Shown here piece by piece: positions 1 to 11,283 of a stretch of DNA of 40,689 nt; positions within the stretch are counted from its first letter, which is position 1; each line of letters begins with the position of its first letter. Position numbers and translations under genes: made by a program. The notes beneath the pieces are model-generated. The model saw only the letters and a program-made list of their open reading frames with translations. It was not told the origin of the DNA and did no database searches. The DNA is from Macrostomum lignano. Taxonomy: Eukaryota. The stretch is taken from positions 1-40,689 of the forward strand of contig NIVC01004607.1 in the NCBI GenBank assembly GCA_002269645.1, read 5' to 3'.

Positions 1-292
1 TTTATATTCCTACTGCTGATTAGCATGAAAAAGAGAATCCAGAAATTACTGCATTGTGCACACTTCTTTATTATCTGAGATCTTCATGTTTTCTTCGAAA
101 TAGAGAAGTTGGCTTTGTACTCGTATTCTATGGTTCAGTTGGGCACGGGAGTTGTAAACTGGAAGATCCGAGACTTAAAGTTCTATAAGCTGTAGAAATT
201 GTAAGTCTCTATTAAAGGATTTGCAATAAGCATATGATACCTAATTTTTAACCATATAGTTTTTAATAGACTCGAAAAGAAAGTTTTTGTAG

Positions 293-1374
293 CACAAAGA
301 TGAATCCATCCAGCAGAACAAAGAGCTCAGTCGCAGCCAACGCCACAGGCAGTGTCGCACAAAGCCCCAGGAAGCGGCGCGGCCTCGCTGCCCCGACCCA
401 AAAGTCGCAACCAGCAGTGTCAGCTCAGGAAGCAGCTGCTCGCACAGCTGTGGCCAAAGCACCAGCTGCTCCGTGCCCGAGTCCGAGGCCGATGGTCGGA
501 GTTGCCAGCCCTGAAGCCGCTGGTGAATCCTCAGCGACTCGAGCCCTGCGCCTCAGCAGTCGAGACGATGCGAGACACGGCGAGACGGTCTGGCAGCCGA
601 GCCAGCGCAGCTGGAAGGAGGCAGTCGGTGGCGGCGACGCCACTGTTGCGGTGGAGCCTTCGAGTCCGCTGCACGAAATGGCTGGGCAGACCAGCGGACC
701 GCAGGACCCGGATGTGCGCACAAGGATGGACGGTACTTGCAACTGGTTTAAATAGTTTAGGGTGAACCAATTGGGGTTTTTGTACGCCTTAATTCACCCT
801 AATCTTGTCCTCACTATCCTGGGTATGAATGTCAGCAGTGCAAAGCCAAGTTCCGCGTGCTCAGGCCAATGCCGGATTCGCAACTCTTCTCTGCATTGCA
901 GCCTCCTCCTGCCGCATCGCCCCGTCTCCAACAGAGCGCAAGCAGTGCAACAGCCGGCGACGCTGCCTCAGCGCCGACGAATTCGGCGACGTAGCGGACG
1001 GTGACACCGACAGATCGACCTTGGCGTCGATGGCGCTTTACGACGAGGGCGCCGCCACCCTGGCGGCCTCGGCCAGCACGCGCTGCAGCCGATCTACCAG
1101 TACAGCTTCCGGGTGCCGGAGACCGCGCCAACATGCGCGCTTCTGCCACGCCTCCGACCGGCGCGTCGAGGCCATCGCCCGCGCCTGCGACTCGGAGATC
1201 CTGCTGGACCCGCAGCCAATCCGCACAGCCGCCGCCTCCGTCGCCCTCCGCCGGATCACCGTCAGGGCGCCGGACCTGCACAGCCTGGAGAAATGCTGCC
1301 GGATGTTCGACGACAAGTTTCCCCAGTTTCTACGCCAGCTCGGGCCTCGGCCCGGACGGCCGCGGAGTCAGTAA
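293..1374 (+). CDS. Unknown protein, at least two exons (293/300-732 and ~836-1374); 5' end may lie outside the window
   Basis: Acceptor ttttgtag ends at 292 and ATG is at 300. A phase-1 GT donor at 733 fits AG acceptors ending at 835, 838 or 850 in the frame of ORF 829-1374. GC-rich exon-like sequence. The C-terminal segment RRITVRAPDLHSLEKCCRMFDDKFPQF looks globular but I do not recognise the family. A possible alternative C-terminus lies in another frame up to 1447. Confidence 0.45.
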
Positions 1375-2238
1375 GGTCTTCGACGACGACAGCGAGCGGC
1401 AGATTTCGGTCTCCAGCGACGAAATGACCTTCGGCAGCTTCTCTTAGCACTCGCTGGAGCCTTCGGCAGCATGGAGTGTGAGAGCCGCCTGCCTTGTGGC
1501 AAACCTTAATGACTGAGATTATTTTCCCTGTGGGTTCAGATCGTCTTCCTACTCGTACCTGCTGAAATACTCGTAAGTGTTGAAGTACAGCCGTCCATAC
1601 TACTCATCTGAATGTATTCATTTCACATTATTTCTGACTGTAACGTTCTTCAAGAAGCGTTCGGCACATTGAAGTATTTTCTAGATTATAACATTAAAGT
1701 ATATACATATCCGAGCGCAGGTCACTAAAGTATTTTGCCATATTGTCTTCAATGTATGGGTGCTAAAAGCTTTTGTGAAGTCTACATTTTCTGTCAAATA
1801 TCAATGCAGATGGACTTTGCGTTGCAGAGAGAAAAACGTGATTTAAGCGCAAGAAATGTTTTTGTTAATATTCACGCCAAGAAAATCAATTTTCTACTTT
1901 TAAGCACATACACTCGTAGTAGCCGATGTTGCTGCTACAAATTAAGACTGCAATAATATTGCAGCATACGGTATTTATTTACTTGAGTTTTTCACATTTT
2001 CGAGAGTCGGTTCCTAAGCACATTATGAATAATATCAATGGATTCGAATAAACGAAATCATGCAGGATAGCTTGTAATCATTAATAAAAGTAGGATAGCT
2101 ATAAATAGATATGATAGAAAAACATATAGTTTCATGGATTAGCAAAAATTATGTGAGCAATATTGTCAGAGAAAAAGCTTTCTACACGCAAGATAGCCAC
2201 TGTACACTTTGCAATGTGGTCAACCGACTCGTCCAAAT

Positions 2239-4363
2239 TCAATCCAGCTGCAGCCTCACCGTGTCAATCACCAGCTTCCTTGGCCCGCGTGGGTCAGTCG
2301 GAGCAAGCTGCCATAGCGACGCCAGGTAAGCAGAAGGTAGTTGAGCTTCGTGAGGCTGTACAGCAGGCGGAAGTGCCGGTCAGCCACGTCAAACTCGTTG
2401 GACACAATAGCAATGAGGAAGTTGGTGATGTTGATTGACACAACCAGCACGAACAGGGTGTGCAGGATGGCGGTGGAGGGCCTGGCCGGCAGGTTGGCCA
2501 TGTTGAGCAGTATTCGCAGCGGCGAATAGTACACATAAGCCGCCGACTTGAACTCTGAATTCTCGAAGTCAACCATGTACATGACCGTGCCGAACACAAT
2601 GTAGGCCCAGATGAAGAATAGCGGTAGAACTCTCAGGAATCTGGAGCACATCTTCCGGAAGCAGATGTTGAGGAAGGCGACTCGTTCGCCGATCATCTCA
2701 AAGGCCTCCATCAGTGACACCATAGAGAAGTAGATGTACAGGACGGCAGCGGTCTCGGAGATCGTGTGAACCACCAGAGCGTCAGGTTCGGTGAATTCAT
2801 CGTGAGCCAAGCAGTGCAGTCCAATTGACTATCGACAGGCAGTGTGAAGGCCAGGTGCAATATGCCGCATAGAAAGGCCAGGTTGTAGGCAAACTGATAG
2901 AAGCGACATTGAACGTAGCTGTCGCCTGTGTGCTTCTGCAACCAGGTCTGTCCATTGAACCGCATTGCCTCCAGGCTGCTAAAGAAGATGGCGGCTAGCT
3001 GCAAGACCAGCAGCACGCCTACAATAATCCTGTTATTGGGCCCCTGATTCACGAGGTCGGCTCTTGTCAAAGTTTGGAACCAAAAGATTGGTGACGTCTT
3101 CACGACCTCCAAACCCTTGTAATTGGGATCGCGCAAGAAGTCCAACACGTATTGACCCCGGCAGAAGTCTTTTAAGATTTCGCTGTCAACGCCACTGTCA
3201 TTTCCCGTTTTGTTTAGCAGGGTGCTGTTTACATACCCAGCGTAGGCGTAGAACCCGTCGTGCACCTCGGAGCCGTACTGCACCATCGTGGCGATGAATG
3301 GGAAGAATGGCGTCAGCGGGCTCACTAGCAGCGTCAGGATGGCAAACAGGACAGTGCGGGCGGTGTTTAGCGGTAGGAGGTCGCGTCTTGCCCGCCGCCC
3401 CCACTGCCGCAGCAACGGCTTTTCAGTGAGACCGGATTTGACGAGCGCGTCGACTCGACTAGTGGGCAATAGAGTCAGCATGAGCAGGGGGCTCCGGTCT
3501 CGGCGACCCCCGCAGACCAGGTCGTACTCGGTCAGGTCGTACGTCACGTGCAGGTTAGCACCGCGGTGGCTGCGCTGCGTCACCAGGTAGCCGTCGATCT
3601 CAGCCAGTCGGTTGAAAGTCGCGTAGGCGCCGATGTTCATGGCAAACTCGAGCGGACGAAGGCGCTGAGCATTTTCCGCTCGGCACAGCGTCAGAAGGCA
3701 ATTGGTCCCGCTGCTTGAATCTACGGCACTGAAATCGAGGAAATGATGTCTCCATCAGGGGAATTAAGAAGAGAATGCATGGTATTTTGCTAATACTCAC
3801 TCAAAACTTGTCGCACTGGTAGCCATCGGATCAGGGGTCTCAGCCAGCAGCTTGATCACTTGCAACTCGAACTCATCGAACCGACCTAGCGGATCGACAG
3901 ACGCGCCGCCGCCAGCAGAGCGACCGCTATAGGTGCCAATGAGCACCCGCGCCTTTGCCAGCGAGTGCAGCAGGTTGCTACCGTCGGTGTCTTCAGCCAG
4001 CAGCAGTGAAGGCTCGCATGCAGCTACGTGCTGGAAGATTTCGGCCGATTGATAGTACAGGCTCATGTGGGCGATGGTCCTGAAGTCTTCGCCCTTGTGC
4101 GGATTAGCCGGCTTGTCTGAACTGCTGCAACAGCCTTTCTTTTTTTGCAGCCGTTTCTGCTCCTTCTGATTACGATCTTCGTCGTCCAAGTCGAATGTGA
4201 ACCGACGCCCCAGGTCGGCCGAGGCCAGCCCGTTTTCGGCTAGCAGTTGCAGAAGCTTCAGCAAGTCATGGCCTTCAACGCAGTCGGCAATATCGCGGGA
4301 CAAAGCCGAATCGAAGGAGCCCTTCAGATCTGGAAGCGGTTCGACCAAGCATTGGGAGCGCAT
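2239..4363 (-). CDS. TRPV-like (TRPV5/6-type) cation channel, ~684 aa if two 1-nt frameshifts are repaired; could be a pseudogene
   Basis: Exon 1 is 4363-3801. A 72-nt GTGAGT..TTTCAG intron (3800-3729) joins it in frame to ORF 2711-3640. Motifs: ankyrin-like DGSNLLHSLA; RLRPLEFAMNIG (cf. GLTPLKLAAKEG); YDLTEYD (cf. YDLTEID); S4-S5 linker AFEMIG..FRKM..RFL (cf. GFQMLG); S6 NFLIAIVSNEF. Frameshifts near 2810 and 2292. Confidence 0.8.
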
Positions 4364-4615
4364 TCTGCACTTTTCCGATTGTGTCCAGCTTGGGAATCAC
4401 TGCTAGTCACCTGAACCGCCAGGTCCAGTGTTAATAAATGGGTAGGACAGACAGGACTGCATTTTATTTGCTCAGGCGACTTTTATCCCCGAACCTTGCT
4501 CAAACCTTTCTGCGTCCGGAGGCAAAGGTAAATTTAATTAGAGAGATATGCTTTGAATAGCTGAGCTGTACAGTGCAGTCGCAGTGCACTGTCAAACACT
4601 GCATATAGCATGCAC

Positions 4616-4630
4616 GTTGCTAATAGCAAC
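4616..4630. promoter_or_regulatory. Palindromic RFX-type X-box upstream of the TRPV-like gene
   Basis: GTTGCTA-A-TAGCAAC, about 250 bp 5' of the TRPV ATG at 4363. Fits the GTNRCY-N(0-3)-RGYAAC consensus. Confidence 0.55.
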
Positions 4631-4941
4631 GCCGCGACTCTGGACAAGCAAATAAATCCAACTTCTGGCAGAAAATTATTTGGCTTTGCTTTCAGCAGCA
4701 CTGAGCACGGGGCAGGAGTTGAATACGATTTTTATTAGGGCTGTTGGTATTATAAATTAGCCAATAATCAAGCTGCTCCCTTCCGATCATCATCTCGTGA
4801 TTGGCTCGAAACTCATGCATACAATATTCATCCTATATGATAATATAAAATAATAGCCAATTGGCCCAGATGTGTAACCGACAGCTCAGCCGCAGCTATT
4901 GCGCGGCGCATCTGAAGGCTGTTCAGTCCAAGGACTGGGGG

Positions 4942-4985
4942 GCAAGGACTACTTAAGAACACAGGTGTTCTTAAGTAGTCCTTGC
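4942..4985. repeat. Perfect 21-bp inverted repeat with 2-nt spacer
   Basis: GCAAGGACTACTTAAGAACAC-AG-GTGTTCTTAAGTAGTCCTTGC, read directly from the sequence. Confidence 0.95.
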
Positions 4986-5115
4986 TGGGGGTCGCCACAC
5001 GCACCCTCAGTTACCAAAGCTAAGCTGGCACCCATTCTAAAGCTGGGTGAACTGAAGCAATGCAGAGTTAAGTATCTTGCTCAAGCACGCAAATTGTTCC
5101 AGTGGGTCTATGAAA

Positions 5116-5193
5116 TTTGCTTGCGGGAAGTTTGCTTGCCGAACTTTGCTTGCCGAATTTTGCTTGCAAAAATTTTGCTTGCCGAATTGCCGA
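5116..5193. repeat. Short tandem repeat, ~14-15 bp unit TTTGCTTGCCGAA, ~5 copies
   Basis: Visible directly. Confidence 0.85.
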
Positions 5194-5794
5194 GGTTTGC
5201 CAGCCAAGGTTTTCTTGCGGAAATCAGGAACTACAAAGATCTATACTGTTAACGATCCCAATCTACCTATACTAAATCTCTAATCATTCTATATACCAAA
5301 TAAAGAAATTACTTAGAATGAACTCTATAAGCCTAGTTTGAAAGCTTAGTGTCAAGTCAGTTTAGGTCGACGCTGATAAGAATCCACTTGCAAAGCATCT
5401 GTAGTAGAGTCCAGCCTAGAAACCTCCATCTCAATTTCAATTCACACATGCATCCCAATTTGGGAAGTCGAGAGCTGCATGTACAGCGAGATCTTGTTGA
5501 GTCAAATACGGAGACCCTAGCCTAGCCTAGACTACAGCGTTCGAGTCGGAAGCCTGCCTTTCTGCCTGCCTGTCTGTCTAGCATCATTTAACCAGGTTAT
5601 TAAAGAGTGAAGTCAGAAAGTTAAGAACTGGTTACGACTTTGCAAATTCTAAGCAAATATAGTTCTAACTGTAAAAACAAAAATACTGGTTGGCAAAGCC
5701 CTCAGTAGTGTGTATTTTTCCTGTTTAAAAACTTTCCTATCGCTATGGTTATGAAAAAAGACGTGTCCATAAAAAATTAAATTATCGTTTTTAA

Positions 5795-6111
5795 TTACAC
5801 TTCCTTGCCCAGAGTGTACACGGAATTGTAGGGCTTGCCACCGCAGAACTCTCCTGGGTGGCCCTTGCAGGTGGTGAAGCAATAGGAATCGTCGGCCTTG
5901 CCGTGCTTGCCGTAGTTGTTGCCGCAGTAGCAGCTGTCCCCCGCCTGCAGGCCGATGTAGGCCGTCTTCTCCGGCTTGCACCGCTCCGTGCACTCGCGCC
6001 GGCTCATCATGCGCGACGCGCCGAGGAATTTTTCCAAGTCGCGATCGTCCTCTCGGTCGATGTAGCAGCCTTTGTAGGTGAACTTGTAGTTCTTTTCTCT
6101 GTCTTCGTCGC
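5795..6111 (-). CDS. WSC (carbohydrate-binding) domain exon of a small, probably secreted protein; 5' exon unresolved
   Basis: YKGCYID..DL..M....C.ERC.....YIGLQAGDSCYCGN.YGK.G......C...C.G...E.CGG...NSVY is the WSC cysteine pattern. CAG acceptor at 6113-6112 and TAA stop at 5797-5795. Confidence 0.85.
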
Positions 6112-7158
6112 CTGCCGGTTCGGTTGTAAAAGACCGCGCGTGGACTTAGTGCGAGACTCCTTAATAATATAATAGTGATAATTGGGGAGGGGGAGGGCTG
6201 CGGGCGCACTGCCGCAACGCCTTCGGCGACAAGGTCACACAACCAGCAATAGAGCAATTCTGCTCATTCCGCTGACTCCCTAAACACGTACAAGCGCGCT
6301 ATAATACTGTATGCAGGCACGCATTCATACACACGCTCACACGGAGTGAACAGCAGCCCTGACTGTCTAATCCTCAGGCATGTACACTGTCTGCGCCTTC
6401 GGGGTTGTCCCTCATGGGTGCGGATCGCAGGACAACTCCGGGACAATTATCCACATGGAGTCGACTCGAGGGTTGTTTCGTTAAATCGCTGAGCTTGCTC
6501 TAAGTCATCGCCTACTAATTTTTCAGAAGGAGCACCTCAAAAGTTTTAACAATGCAAGACGCAGATCAATTTCTTGTCTGCATCTGAAAAACGACTAGCG
6601 TTTCTAGAAATACTGGGTGCATTGTAGCTCTCGATAATGAATTTGTTAATTACATGTAATTAAAAATTACAACATATGTACGAGTACGCCTATACATGTA
6701 CGATACTACATGTACTTCGATTCCGAACGAAAGATTGCCGCAACCGGAAAGTACACGATCGCTTTTAATAGCGAAATACGAGTATAAAGCCTTCAAGAAT
6801 AAAAGACTCACTTTTCTTGCAACAGTTGCCAAGCGAATTCAGCGTGAAGAGACAAGTAGCAAAAAACAGAAAGACAAGATGCGTTGACATGTTTTTTTCT
6901 TTGTTTTAGTTCAAATTTTCCGCAAAAAATATAAGAAAGCTATTGAAAAAAATTAATATTGCATTTATTGTTGCTGCGCGAATTACTTTTGACATTCCAC
7001 GCGAAAATATTCTATGGCTAAAAGGACTACAAAATGTAAATATAACACAAAACTTTACTGCATGCACTTACATGTATGTGCAGAGTTACATTTTCGTCTA
7101 TGCAAATGTTGCACATACATTTACATGTACTGTACATCCACTTGACTTACTTGACTTA

Positions 7159-8745
<1,587 letters not shown>

Positions 8746-8749
<4 letters not shown>

Positions 8750-10039
8750 GGCGAGTTGTGCAGGAGAGCTGTCTCTTCTACCTCGATGATATCTCCAGGC
8801 TTCAGTTCCATGGGCTCCTCCCAGATGGTCTCCATGGTCGAGGGCGGGGCCGCCACCTGGGCGGCATTCTCGCTCTCGGCCCGGTTTTCCGGGGGCCGCA
8901 ATGGTGACACTGGGCTGGGGGTTGCTGCGGTTGTTGGCCTTGGCGGTATCCTGAGCAGCTGCTTCGCGCGCTGAGTCAGACCAGAGCGGATAGTGTTCCG
9001 GGCGGGTTTCCGGCCCTTTCCACGTCCGCCTGTTGTTGCAGCTTTCGTGGCTTTCCCTCTGACAGGGTCCACGTCCTCGGAGGGGTCATGATGAACGGGA
9101 GCTTCTTTTCCTGGGCGTTTCCACCCGGCAGAGGCCCCGCTTGCCCGCTTACGCTTCTCCGGGGGCGGTGGACGGGTGGCGTCAGACTCAAAGCTAAAGA
9201 GCTGAATCTGTATTAGCCCGACAGAGATGAGGGAATGTCCGGATAGCGGAGCATCCAGCTATCTGACAGACCAAGAATAGCCCTGAAACCATCTCCGCCC
9301 GGCTTGAACTACGACGTCATTGGCCGGTAGCTCCGGGTTGGTAGCCACTAGCAGGCGACGCAGCTCGTCGGCCTTGGTGATGGAGCTACGAGCTGGAATC
9401 CAGGCACGGTGCCGGTGTGGTGTCCGGGGTCGCTCGTCCTCCCTGTCGATAAACAGGTTTTCCAGCTCCGTACCCCAGTCGAAGGCTTTCAGCATCTCTA
9501 AGAGCTTCTGCCCTGACTGGCTGTCGGCGGGCTGGATATAGAGGGCTTGGTCCTCGACTTTCGTCTTTTGGACTTAAATAGCGGTACCGCTCAAGGCCAT
9601 CTTGACCAGGTGGGAGTCCAGCCTGCGCCAGATTAAGTCGAGCTGTTCGGCCGTAAGAGGCGTCCTCCTGGCCTTGTATAATCAGGGCCGGCTGCCTCTT
9701 GGCCATAGCTTCTGGCCGGCGCGCGAGGTCCACCCTCTTGTCGGATGTAGGCTCCTCCGCGGGATTTGCAGAGTTACCGGCACCCTCCTCGGAGGCGGCT
9801 GGAGGGGCAGCTTTCGCACTCCTCCGTTCCTCCGCTTTGCGCTGGAGAAAGGCTTTGTAGCGAGCAATGCTACGGGCCTTCTTTTTAGAAGTCTGAGGTC
9901 CGCTGGCCTGTTGTCCAGCCACTCAGATGTCCTGAGCGGCGACAGGGGCTGACTGAGAGGCATCGGGGGTTCCGGTGTTGCGAATGTCTGGCTGGACCGC
10001 GGTACCAACCTCGGTTGGTGCTCCAGCAGCCTTGGACAT
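8746..10039 (-). pseudogene. Retrotransposon ORF1 (gag-like, DUF4780-like segment), disrupted
   Basis: ATG at 10039 (MSKAAGAP..), K/R-rich N-terminus, then LTAEQLDLIWRRL..KAFDWGTELENL..RPRTPHRHRAWIP, resembling the DUF4780 region of LOA/R1 ORF1 as I recall it. In-frame stops and frameshifts. The TGA at 8748-8746 overlaps the ORF2 frame. Confidence 0.7.
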
Positions 10040-11283
10040 GTCGGAGGTAAATGAATACTCCATGAGTCGGTAAAAGGTGAATGGGGACTAGAGGTGAGAA
10101 GCCGCTGGGCCGTAACCCCAAACCCAACACTGCCAGGCCAAGAGGTAGCGACCGGGGATGGCTGCGGACTGGCAGCATACCCGGTTAAAGGTCAGCGGGT
10201 GATACCTGTTCCTCAGAGCCGTGGCCAGGGGTACCTGATCCGCACAGGTTCACTTCCGGGCGGGGCCTGTAGCTACCCAAATTGGCCAGCTGGCCCGATA
10301 AGTCCAGCAGCCCTAGAGCTGCCTTGAACACATGCGGGACGTGAACCCCGGGTCGGCTTGTGAGTCAGCTTGGAGAGAGCTCTCCTGCCATTCCTGCACC
10401 AGAATAGAGGGAGTGCAAGTTTGTAGGATCGCAGACCTTAGCTCGTAAGCCTGGTCTGTCTCATACTACACAGGCGTGCTGAGCCCACCATTGCATGCTA
10501 CTGTACAATCCAAGTACGAGTAAACTGCACAAATTCAAATATTAAAAGTATACAATACATTATTAGCAAGTACAGTTTATATACTACTAATAATGCGCTC
10601 AAAGATCAAAATGGTACACCATAAAGAGGATGTTTTCAGAAAAATGCGCAACCTCAACTTCCGATCTGCATGTAAATATCTTTACATGTAATTTTAGATC
10701 TCTCAACCGTTGGCGCAGCTAAGGGTGAACATATAGTGTCTGATTCCCTATTGAAATTCAAAATTCTTTCAGAAAACCTGACTGCACCATCTTGCGCAAA
10801 AAGTCTCTTTCATTTAAATAAATACATGTAGAAGTAAAATTTGCACATAAATCTGCAATTCTAAATCAAGCCTTATATTAGAAAAACTTAATTGAGCTGC
10901 TTTCGACCATAAATACCCGAATAATGCATTTAGCTAATATTTCAGTTGGCTACCTACTAATATTATTTAGGTATAAGATATTTTAGGTGATCCTGAAAGT
11001 TAATTTTGGTGCTTAACTATATACTATTCTTTACGAAAAGTCCAAGTTACGTCTAAATTTTAAATACTAGAATTAAAATTAAAACGTAGAATATAAATGC
11101 TACTAATAAGATTAGCGCCTTTCTAAAGAATCATGCGCTAAAATTTCACAAAGATATTTTTTGTTTTATTAAGTCAATATTTATACTGGAATCCAAGAAT
11201 TTAAATTTGCTACGGGATAGCATTTTTGGCGATGCTACTTGGCGCGAAAATCACAGTTGAGAAGCGCCAAAAACGGCATCAAA

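Noticed and set aside
2745-2830. An 83-nt GT-AG intron that would also repair the first TRPV frameshift
   Set aside because: The donor is weak (GTCGAT), and splicing would delete the S3-S4 loop and the start of S4. A 1-nt indel is more parsimonious.
10261-10490. Canonical hammerhead or HDV ribozyme at the LINE 5' end
   Set aside because: No CUGANGA..GAAA core, and I could not place P1/P3 for an HDV fold. Kept only as a structured leader.
11203-11225. TGCTA-CGGGA-TAGCA pseudo-palindrome before NPHP4 as an X-box
   Set aside because: The spacer is too long and the outer GT/AC bases are missing.
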